Below are positions 7,680-14,730 of a DNA stretch of 39,687 bases, piece after piece (within the stretch, counting starts at the first letter, position 1; every line of letters starts with the position of its first letter). The notes beneath the pieces were generated by a model, which saw only the letters and a program-made list of their open reading frames with translations, searched no databases and was not told the origin of the DNA. Made by a program: the position numbers and the translations under genes. The stretch is from a virus (lineage: Duplodnaviria; Caudoviricetes). The stretch covers positions 1 through 39,687 of the IMG/VR virus record IMGVR_UViG_3300017747_002332, one strand, 5' to 3'.

Positions 7680-7757
7680 TGACCCGGCGGTTTGAGCATA
7701 TACAGAGGCTTGCCGGGTTCTATTACATTAACTTATCGTTAAAGTCATATGCATGAG

Positions 7758-7831
7758 AAGCAAAGAGCGGACTCGAACCCCCACCTGCGATGATATATGC
7801 ACCGCTGCCCTACCAATTAGACTACCCTGCT
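7758..7831 (-). tRNA. tRNA-like element with non-canonical anticodon loop (isotype undetermined)
   Basis: AGCAGGG-TA-GTCT-AATTGGTA-GGGC-A-GCGGT-GCATATATC-ATCGC-AGGT-GGGGG-TTCGAGT-CCGCT-CTTTGCT-T; no encoded CCA. Confidence 0.75.
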
Positions 7832-7842
7832 ACTCACTGTCA

Positions 7843-7871
7843 ATCTTACAAGGTTTATCTAAACTTGGCAA
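7843..7871 (-). promoter_or_regulatory. Sigma70 promoter for the tRNA-like element
   Basis: TTGCCA-17 bp-TAAGAT ending 11 nt upstream of the tRNA 5' end. Confidence 0.65.
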
Positions 7872-8241
7872 CTTTCTTTGCAACCGTCTTAGGTTGCGCT
7901 ACAAACTGCTTACCCTTAGCATTACCATCTGCCTTAGCACGATTAGTTGCTGCCTTCTCACCAGACGATAGTGAAGACCAAGCCTTCTCTGGAAGGTATC
8001 GTTTCTTCCCTTGACTAGGACTGCCATCGCTAGTTGTCCACTTCTGTTCAGTCCACTTTGAAAGGCTGTTGTCAGAAGACTTTGGACCTACGTATCCACC
8101 ACCAGATTTCTTGTATTCCTGTACGGCTAATTGACTTTTTCTAGCCGACCATTCACCAGGGTCACCACCCTTGGTAGAGGCTTTTACCTTGGCTACAACA
8201 GCCTTCCATTTGGCTGGATTAGTCTTCTTAGCAACGCTCAT
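7855..8241 (-). CDS. Basic protein, DUF5872-like
   Basis: KGGDPGEWSARKSQL, YKKSGGGY, LSKWTEQKW, RYLPEKAW motifs. Confidence 0.75.
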   Translation of the reverse strand: MSVAKKTNPAKWKAVVAKVKASTKGGDPGEWSARKSQLAVQEYKKSGGGYVGPKSSDNSLSKWTEQKWTTSDGSPSQGKKRYLPEKAWSSLSSGEKAATNRAKADGNAKGKQFVAQPKTVAKKVAKFR

Positions 8242-8413
8242 AAAGCATCATATCAAAGACCTTAGAAGGGTGTAATACCCGGCTATTAGGGGGTAAATAT
8301 TTTGTGGGGGGAGGGGAAAGAATTTTATACCCCTATTAACAAGAATATATACATACTAAATATGTATATAATTACGCACGTGCGAAAGCAGTTGTGTTTA
8401 TGTAAGATGCGTC

Positions 8414-8671
8414 ATGCCATACGTCAACAAGGAACGACCATACAAAAAAGAGTACGCACAACAGGTATCTCGTGGTGAACATCCACTGCGTATGGAACGC
8501 CAAAAGGCACGTCGTTCTATGGACTCCAAAGGTGTTGACCGTACAGGTAAAGACATAGACCACAAGAAGCCACTTTCAAAGGGTGGTACTAACTCAGCCA
8601 GCAACCTTAGACTGGTTCAACCTAAAACCAATCGAAGCTTCAAACGTAACCCTGACAGTAGTGTCAAGTAA
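8414..8671 (+). CDS. Small HNH endonuclease-like protein
   Basis: DIDHKKPLSKGGTN...NLRLV...NRS. Confidence 0.85.
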   Translation: MPYVNKERPYKKEYAQQVSRGEHPLRMERQKARRSMDSKGVDRTGKDIDHKKPLSKGGTNSASNLRLVQPKTNRSFKRNPDSSVK

Positions 8672-8701
8672 GTTGTGGTATACTGGCACTGATGACAGGT
8701 A

Positions 8702-8995
8702 ATGTCAGAGGAGTTAGTGATGAAGTTAATTGGTTTTTCAAGGGATTCTGAAGTTGAGGTTGTTATCAACCCTTCAACCCCTGGTACATACGACGTATCG
8801 TTTGCAACGCAAGATGGCATCAATATCGAGTGTGGTTTGTCAGCTGGTGATGCTTGGTTGCAGATTCGCACATCTGGACTCAAGGTTCCTGCTAAGTTGA
8901 TGTTGGACTTTGCTGAACTTGCAGTAGCCTCTTTACTCAAGAGTAAATCAAACTACAACGTGACACTCAAGCCAGAGGTGTCTAATGCTGAATAG
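8702..8995 (+). CDS. Hypothetical protein
   Basis: 97-aa ORF overlapping the ssb start. Confidence 0.7.
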   Translation: MSEELVMKLIGFSRDSEVEVVINPSTPGTYDVSFATQDGINIECGLSAGDAWLQIRTSGLKVPAKLMLDFAELAVASLLKSKSNYNVTLKPEVSNAE

Positions 8996-9374
8996 GGTTA
9001 TTCTTGTAGGTCGCTTAGTTGCTGACCCTGAGCATCGTATGACTCAGACTGGTAAGGGTGTAGCCAACCTTCGTGTTGCAGTAGACCGCAAGGGTCGAGA
9101 GAAAGAAACGGATTTCTTCGATGTTACAGCTTGGGGTCAGTCTGCGGATTTCGCTTCTACATACCTTTCTAAGGGTAGACTTGTTGCTGTTGAAGGTCGT
9201 TTGCAGGTTCGCCAATACACTGATAAAGACAACCAACAACGTAAAGTATGGGAAGTTGTTGCTGATACGATTCAGCCTTTGGATAGTGGAAAGACTAGAG
9301 AACCGGGTCAACCGGGTCAGTCGGCAAATTCTGCACCTGTAGCAATGGATGACATATCGGACCCGTTCGGTTAG
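8985..9374 (+). CDS. ssb: Single-stranded DNA-binding protein
   Basis: NRVILVGRLVADPE, DFFDVTAWG, KGRLVAVEGRLQ, acidic DDISDPF tail. Confidence 0.96.
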   Translation: MLNRVILVGRLVADPEHRMTQTGKGVANLRVAVDRKGREKETDFFDVTAWGQSADFASTYLSKGRLVAVEGRLQVRQYTDKDNQQRKVWEVVADTIQPLDSGKTREPGQPGQSANSAPVAMDDISDPFG

Positions 9375-9804
9375 GTGTCCATAACTCAAGCTTTATAAAG
9401 TAACTAAGAGGAATGAAAACTGACTGCGCTTCGTCAAACTCATTCCTCTTTACTCTTGGTCCAGCTAGCCTTGATTCTAGGTTAGGCATTCCTTGGACTT
9501 CGGTTATGTAATCACCATCAGTGAACTCTGTTAGTAGTATTGCATACCCATCATAACTACGTAGGTAATCCCACTTTGACTTGGTAATCATCACGTCAGG
9601 GTAAGTCCCAAAACTATGCGTACGTTGCTTGTATTCGCATATTCCAGATAACTCAGGGGTAGACCAGTTAATGTCGTGTTTGCAAGTCTTTGACGTTATT
9701 GCTACGTCACACTCGCCGAATATGCAGAACAGCCTTCCTTGTAGTTTGAGTGCTGCATATGCTTGTGCCTGTCTATTGGCAGGTGTCTCAAATAACTTAC
9801 GCAT
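9295..9804 (-). CDS. PD-(D/E)XK-like nuclease candidate
   Basis: HD...ICEYKQR...YPDVMITKSKW pattern; start refined to ATG 9804; 3' end overlaps ssb by 80 nt. Confidence 0.6.
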   Translation of the reverse strand: MRKLFETPANRQAQAYAALKLQGRLFCIFGECDVAITSKTCKHDINWSTPELSGICEYKQRTHSFGTYPDVMITKSKWDYLRSYDGYAILLTEFTDGDYITEVQGMPNLESRLAGPRVKRNEFDEAQSVFIPLSYFIKLELWTPNRTGPICHPLLQVQNLPTDPVDPVL

Positions 9805-9825
9805 ACTTGATTCTATAGGAACAAC

Positions 9826-10488
9826 ATGAACGAAGTAAGAACAATCTGGTCTACTCCAGATGCTGAAGGACACATTTGTTATTGTGCTAGAGTTTCTTCT
9901 AGCACTCAGTCCAATAGGACTGAAAAAGAGAATAAGCGTCTACTGAAGTACTGTATGCGTAATGGTCATTGGTCTATCTTTGAAATGGCTAACTGGACAA
10001 TCGAGATAAAGACTAGTAGGATGGTTAGCCGTCAGTTTATACGTCACTCAAGTATTAGAGTGCAGGAGTTTAGTCAACGATATGCGGAAGTCAAGGATAG
10101 CATTACACCTCCAGAGATGCGTGGAAAGCATCCTTACAATCGACAGATGTCCGTACCTCTGTCTACTGATATCCAGGTATATGCTGACCACATTGTTTCT
10201 GACGCAATTCGCAAGATTGAAGACGCATATGATTCTTTGATTGAGTGCGGAGTAGCCTACGAAACCGCTAGGGCTATCCTGCCTGAGTGTACGCCTACAA
10301 AGGTATACGCTAACTCATACATTCGTAATTGGATTCACTATATGAACGTGCGTAGAGGCAACGGTACGCAGAGTGAACACGAAGACCTTGCCAATAAGAT
10401 ATTCGCTGAGTTCAAAGTACAGTTTCCATTTATTGCTGAAGTAATGGAAGAGATGGAAGAAGAGAAGAATGTTCAACCTACTGTTTAA
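9826..10488 (+). CDS. thyX: FAD-dependent thymidylate synthase
   Basis: GHWSIFE, RQFIRH...QEFSQRY, ETARAILP, RNWIHY motifs. Confidence 0.94.
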   Translation: MNEVRTIWSTPDAEGHICYCARVSSSTQSNRTEKENKRLLKYCMRNGHWSIFEMANWTIEIKTSRMVSRQFIRHSSIRVQEFSQRYAEVKDSITPPEMRGKHPYNRQMSVPLSTDIQVYADHIVSDAIRKIEDAYDSLIECGVAYETARAILPECTPTKVYANSYIRNWIHYMNVRRGNGTQSEHEDLANKIFAEFKVQFPFIAEVMEEMEEEKNVQPTV

Positions 10489-10891
10489 GGAAGCTTGTGT
10501 TCCTACTAGGGCTACATCTGGTGCAGCTGGATTTGACCTATACGCACTCGATGACTATGAGTTGAGTGATGGTCAAGTAATCGTCGTGTCTACGGGTGTG
10601 TCTGTAGATATTCCTGATGGTCACTACGCTATGGTTTGCTCACGCTCAGGGCTTGCTGCCAAGTATGGTGTATTCGTACTGAATGCACCCGGCATTATTG
10701 ACTCAGACTATAAGCTTGAGATTAAGGTAATCCTGTCTAAGGTTCCTAATGGAAAGAATACATCTAAGTTCAATATCAATCAGGGTGACCGTATTGCTCA
10801 ACTAGTATTCGCTAAGTGTGATGCTGACGTGTATCCACGTATGACTAGTGATGCTGTACGAACAGGTGGGTTAGGCTCTACCGGGATGTAA
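10469..10891 (+). CDS. dut: Trimeric dUTP diphosphatase
   Basis: AGFDL, RSGLA, GIIDSDY, DRIAQL, RTGGLGSTG (motifs I-V). Confidence 0.96.
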   Translation: MFNLLFKEACVPTRATSGAAGFDLYALDDYELSDGQVIVVSTGVSVDIPDGHYAMVCSRSGLAAKYGVFVLNAPGIIDSDYKLEIKVILSKVPNGKNTSKFNINQGDRIAQLVFAKCDADVYPRMTSDAVRTGGLGSTGM

Positions 10892-10985
10892 AAGCAACAG
10901 AGCCAGCCGCTGGGAGTACGACTGGCTCTATCTAGGTAGAAAGGTTATCTGAATCAGGTTGGTAGGTAGGTAGCAATCCAGACGT
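10890..10985 (-). ncRNA. Candidate sRNA C, antisense to early-gene leaders (~95 nt)
   Basis: TTGCCA-16 bp-TATACT promoter (11017-10990); 8-bp stem presenting GCUACCUACCUACC; single-stranded UAACCUUUCUACCUA; 11-bp terminator stem 10899-10929 followed by GUUGCUUUU. Confidence 0.7.
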
Positions 10986-10997
10986 AAGTAGTATACA

Positions 10998-11231
10998 TCA
11001 CGTTTCATCGCTGGCAAGTGACTTGCGATGGTAATCAGCATAATCAAGTGCTAGGTTTATTAGGTAGCGATGACTATCAGCGATATTGCACTTCTTGTAT
11101 ATGTTTTGAAGATGGAAGTGTACTGTCCTTTTAGAGATGAGTAACTTATCTCCAACTTGATTGACCGTTAGTCTATCTATGGCAATCATATGCAGGATGT
11201 CAAGCTCACGCTTGGTGAGGTTGTCAAACAT
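10998..11231 (-). CDS. LuxR/GerE-family HTH transcriptional regulator
   Basis: LTKRELDIL...ISKRTVHFHLQNIYKK. Confidence 0.92.
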   Translation of the reverse strand: MFDNLTKRELDILHMIAIDRLTVNQVGDKLLISKRTVHFHLQNIYKKCNIADSHRYLINLALDYADYHRKSLASDET

Positions 11232-11583
11232 CCCTTGCTCTCCGCTTCAAAGTATTGAACTGAGTCTCAGCCTTTGCTTCATCTTCATAGAAGTAGATGA
11301 CGTTCTGTTGCTTTCCATTAGAGTAGTCTTCTCTATGGAATACAAAGAACTTATAGGTTGGATGCTTGCTTATAGTACCTAGGTTACACACTAGACTATG
11401 ACCAGGACAACGTCCATTGATGCAACCTTCTTCGCAGTATTGCTTGCCTACAAACTTCTCTTGCCACTTAGGTGATACTCCCATAGGTGTACCAAATGTA
11501 CGCTCATCGAGGAGATTGGCTAGGTGTACGATTGCATTGATGTACAAAGGGTCATCAGTTGAAGTGATTAATTTCTGTGCCAT
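11224..11583 (-). CDS. Hypothetical protein
   Basis: 119-aa ORF coupled to the LuxR gene; apparent leaderless start. Confidence 0.75.
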   Translation of the reverse strand: MAQKLITSTDDPLYINAIVHLANLLDERTFGTPMGVSPKWQEKFVGKQYCEEGCINGRCPGHSLVCNLGTISKHPTYKFFVFHREDYSNGKQQNVIYFYEDEAKAETQFNTLKRRARDV

Positions 11584-11635
11584 ATGACAATAATATCAGG
11601 TATGTAATATTAGGGATATACGTTACAATCGTTTT

Positions 11636-11887
11636 ATGGGCGTTGTCAAGAAATACCAGAATCCTAAAGGTGGGTTAAACGCTGCTGGTAGAGCGCATTT
11701 CAAGCGTACTACTGGTGCTAACCTTAAACCGCCAGCACCTAATCCTAAGACACCTAAAGATACTGCAAGGCGTAAGTCTTTTTGCTCTAGGATGGAAGGT
11801 ATGAAGTCTAAACGTACGTCTTCTAAAACGGCTAACGACCCTAATAGCAGAATCAATAAATCCCTAAGAGCTTGGAACTGTAACTAA
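11636..11887 (+). CDS. Small basic protein, DUF6321-like
   Basis: NPKGGLNAAGR...RRKSFCSRM...DPNSRINKSLRAWNC. Confidence 0.75.
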   Translation: MGVVKKYQNPKGGLNAAGRAHFKRTTGANLKPPAPNPKTPKDTARRKSFCSRMEGMKSKRTSSKTANDPNSRINKSLRAWNCN

Positions 11888-12408
11888 TGCCACAAGACCC
11901 TAGTAAATTTCGTAATGAAGATGACTTCCGTCGGTCACTTTATAATGTAGCAAAACCATCTGTTGTGCCTAAGCCAAAAGGTCGTGACACACGTATTACA
12001 GCAACATCTGGAAGTAGTGCTAGTTTTGCACAGTTCCCTAATCGGGCGGCGGCAGTTGCAGAACTGAATCGTTTAAAACAGTTTGACCCTACTAAAGGTG
12101 ATTCAGACTTTGATGGACCATTTAAAGGGACAACATCTGCGTTACGTAAACGAGATGCGTGGGCAGACCCAGTAGATACAGGATATCAAATTGACCCTGA
12201 AAATAAAAAAGCCAGAGCAATGGGATTCACGTCCGTAGTTGATTATATGGGAGCCTTGCAAAATGCAATTGATGGTTACGACAAAACATTAACTAAACAA
12301 AAAAACTATGGAACTACAGCACTTGGTGGTACTCAAGGAGCATATCCAGGACAAAGCAAAATGTCTAAAGCACTTGGCGTAACTAATGAGAAGGCTGGTA
12401 AAAAGTGA
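11887..12408 (+). CDS. Hypothetical protein
   Basis: 173-aa ORF, TAATG coupling. Confidence 0.75.
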   Translation: MPQDPSKFRNEDDFRRSLYNVAKPSVVPKPKGRDTRITATSGSSASFAQFPNRAAAVAELNRLKQFDPTKGDSDFDGPFKGTTSALRKRDAWADPVDTGYQIDPENKKARAMGFTSVVDYMGALQNAIDGYDKTLTKQKNYGTTALGGTQGAYPGQSKMSKALGVTNEKAGKK

Positions 12409-12578
12409 ATAGTAAGGCTCATCCTGGATTCAAGGCAGTCCAAGCAAAGATTGCTAAGAAGTCAGGTGTATCTATGGAAGCAGCTGGTGCTATTCTTGCG
12501 TCAGCAAGCCGTAAGGCTAGTCCTGCTGCAAAGGCTAAGAATCCTGCACTCAAGCGAGTTGCTGGTAGAGGTCGTTAG
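12405..12578 (+). CDS. Small basic Ala/Lys-rich protein (57 aa)
   Basis: Own translation MNSKAHPGFKAVQAKIAKKSGVSMEAAGAILASASRKASPAAKAKNPALKRVAGRGR; fills the gap exactly, GTGA overlap. Confidence 0.75.
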   Translation: MNSKAHPGFKAVQAKIAKKSGVSMEAAGAILASASRKASPAAKAKNPALKRVAGRGR

Positions 12579-12851
12579 ATGCTGAACGAGATGAACAAGC
12601 ATATGAACCATCTTTCTATGGGTACTTTGATGAACGTAGAAATGAAGGAACATAACCTCAAGAAAGCACCTACCAAAACGGAGCTTCTGAAAATGGAGCA
12701 ACGTGAGCATAAGTTAGGCAATCGCCCGACTATGCGACAAGCAATGGAAGCCGAGTACGCAGAGCATTCCAACGCTGAGGGTAAGTTGGTAATCAAACCA
12801 AGTGAAGCGCAGGAATCTAAAGCTACTGCCATTTATAAGAGAAGGAAATAA
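12579..12851 (+). CDS. Small Met-rich ExxEH-repeat protein 1
   Basis: Three ~19-aa repeats ending EMKEH, EQREH, EYAEH. Confidence 0.75.
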   Translation: MLNEMNKHMNHLSMGTLMNVEMKEHNLKKAPTKTELLKMEQREHKLGNRPTMRQAMEAEYAEHSNAEGKLVIKPSEAQESKATAIYKRRK

Positions 12852-12856
12852 CTAAA

Positions 12857-13066
12857 ATGCCAATGGGTATGCCTTATCCTAAGGGAAAGATGTCGATGTC
12901 TAAGATTATGGGAGTTGAGTCCAAGGAGCATAAGGTTCCTATGAAGTCAACGTCCGCAGTTATGAAGGCTGAGACTAAGGAATATGGAAAGCGTCCTGCA
13001 TCTAAGGAAGCAATGATGAAGGGCGAGATGAAAGAGCATCGCTTTATGAAGGGTAAGAAGAAGTAA
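12857..13066 (+). CDS. Small Met/Lys-rich ExxEH-repeat protein 2
   Basis: Repeats ending ESKEH, ETKEY, EMKEH. Confidence 0.75.
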   Translation: MPMGMPYPKGKMSMSKIMGVESKEHKVPMKSTSAVMKAETKEYGKRPASKEAMMKGEMKEHRFMKGKKK

Positions 13067-13572
13067 TGGCTGAAGAGAAAAGTATCTCTAGGAACGTAAT
13101 ACCAAAAGCTTCTGGTACTTATGGTCCTGCATTTGCTGAAAACCCATACGCTTCATCAAATCAACGTAAGATGAAGTCGGGTATGTCTTACGGTATGGGT
13201 AATACTGACAAGTCTGTATTTGGACCATCTAAAGCACCTGAAGGTGGTGGAGATACTCTTAATTTCTTGAGAGCTAATCAAGGTACACCACTAGGCAAGG
13301 CTCTTGCTTATGGCGTTTCCCTTGTTGAACAGTCTGAAAAGAAGGGACAACCTAAAGACAAGTCTGAGTATATGAGGTTGCTCTCCGGTTCTGAAGCGTT
13401 CCGTAAACTTGACCCAGAAGGACAACAGAAGGTTCGACTTGGAATGCAACAATGGTTCCAAACTCAGTCTAAGTTCAATCCAACTAAAGCAATGCAAGTT
13501 AAAAAAGATGAAGAACTTAACCGTCAGAAGGCTGGAGCTAAACAGGCTGCAGATATGATTTCAATCTTCTGA
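13066..13572 (+). CDS. Hypothetical protein
   Basis: 168-aa ORF, TAATG coupling. Confidence 0.75.
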   Translation: MAEEKSISRNVIPKASGTYGPAFAENPYASSNQRKMKSGMSYGMGNTDKSVFGPSKAPEGGGDTLNFLRANQGTPLGKALAYGVSLVEQSEKKGQPKDKSEYMRLLSGSEAFRKLDPEGQQKVRLGMQQWFQTQSKFNPTKAMQVKKDEELNRQKAGAKQAADMISIF

Positions 13573-13821
13573 TTAATCTTTATCTCGATAAGCCTTTAAA
13601 AACTTATCAGTAAACTCAACATCACCACTAGTCAGTTCGTAAACCAAATACCAGAGTGCCTTCATCAAGTCATCTTGACGAGTGGCACTTTCTTTTTTGC
13701 CAGCACGAGATACGTACTTGACTACATTCCCAAGGGCAAATCCTAGTCCCCAGTCACTAATAGCCTCAACTGGTTGGATTGCGCCTTTGCGATAATGGTC
13801 TGGTACTGATATATGTGACAT
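13573..13821 (-). CDS. DUF3310 (SaV-like) protein
   Basis: PDHY...GFALGNVVKYVSRAGKK...DLMKALWYL; start refined to ATG 13821. Confidence 0.88.
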   Translation of the reverse strand: MSHISVPDHYRKGAIQPVEAISDWGLGFALGNVVKYVSRAGKKESATRQDDLMKALWYLVYELTSGDVEFTDKFLKAYRDKD

Positions 13822-13860
13822 AGTAAAAGTATACACTGTCAAAGGTACTAAGTAAAAACA

Positions 13861-14730
13861 TTGAAGCGTTCGTTTAGGTACTACAAAGGGTTTGGTGCTA
13901 AGAAGGATGCGGAAGACCCTGTAACAGAGAAAGACGGCATTCGTTATAAGACACGTAATGGAGGCTTAGTCAAACTATGTGACGCTGAAGTTAGTAAAGG
14001 GTATGTCACCTACAAGTGTAAGAACTTTGCTATTAAGGGGCAACTCTTTTGCCTTCGGCACGGGGGCGTACCAGCAGTCGCTACCACCGACACTATGAAC
14101 TTTACGACTGGATTAAAAAGTAAGATTAACTCTGGTCGTTTTAGGAATGTGGGTTCTAAGTTACTTGGTCGCATTGATGAACTTAGAGAAGACCCTGGCT
14201 TGTGGTCTCTGCGTGATGACGCTGCGTATATCACTGCACTTCTTGATAATCGTGCTGAGGCTGCATCTGAAGGTGTAAGCATTGAGCAATACAAGAAGAT
14301 ACAAGAGATGTATCGTACGTGTTGTGAAAAGCGTTACGCAGATGACTTTTGGGATACTTTTGATGAGTTAGGTAAAGCACTCGAAAACGTAATGAGTGAG
14401 TTTGCAGCTGCTAAAGATGTTATTGAACTCATTGAAAAACGTACGTCTATTGTTGAGACTGAGCAACGATTGTTGCACCAAAAAGCATATACTCTTGAGG
14501 TAGACCAAGCATTTAGCCTTGTGATGCAGATGGTTAAAATCATCCAAGATAACGTCACCAACGCAGAGGAGTTACAGGGTATCAAGGCTGGTGTAGGTAA
14601 GTTGCTTGCTGTCTATCAAGAAACTATTGATGACATGATTATTGATGCTGAGGTAGTTGATGGCACAGAAGAGTCAGGTGAATACGAGGATAACGCCGAA
14701 GGCACTGAAGAAGTTCATTCGTCCGAATAA
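13861..14730 (+). CDS. Terminase small subunit (probable)
   Basis: C...C..AIKG...CxxHGG zinc motif plus helical C-terminus; immediately upstream of the large terminase. Confidence 0.65.
   Translation: MKRSFRYYKGFGAKKDAEDPVTEKDGIRYKTRNGGLVKLCDAEVSKGYVTYKCKNFAIKGQLFCLRHGGVPAVATTDTMNFTTGLKSKINSGRFRNVGSKLLGRIDELREDPGLWSLRDDAAYITALLDNRAEAASEGVSIEQYKKIQEMYRTCCEKRYADDFWDTFDELGKALENVMSEFAAAKDVIELIEKRTSIVETEQRLLHQKAYTLEVDQAFSLVMQMVKIIQDNVTNAEELQGIKAGVGKLLAVYQETIDDMIIDAEVVDGTEESGEYEDNAEGTEEVHSSE

Noticed and set aside
7758-7831. Calling the element tRNA-Met(CAT) or tRNA-Ile(TAT)
   Set aside because: Neither triplet sits in a canonical 7-nt loop with U33, so the isotype cannot be assigned.
9295-9374. 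80-nt convergent overlap of ssb and the nuclease-like gene as a regulatory feature
   Set aside because: Most simply a stop-codon loss extending a non-conserved tail; no further support.
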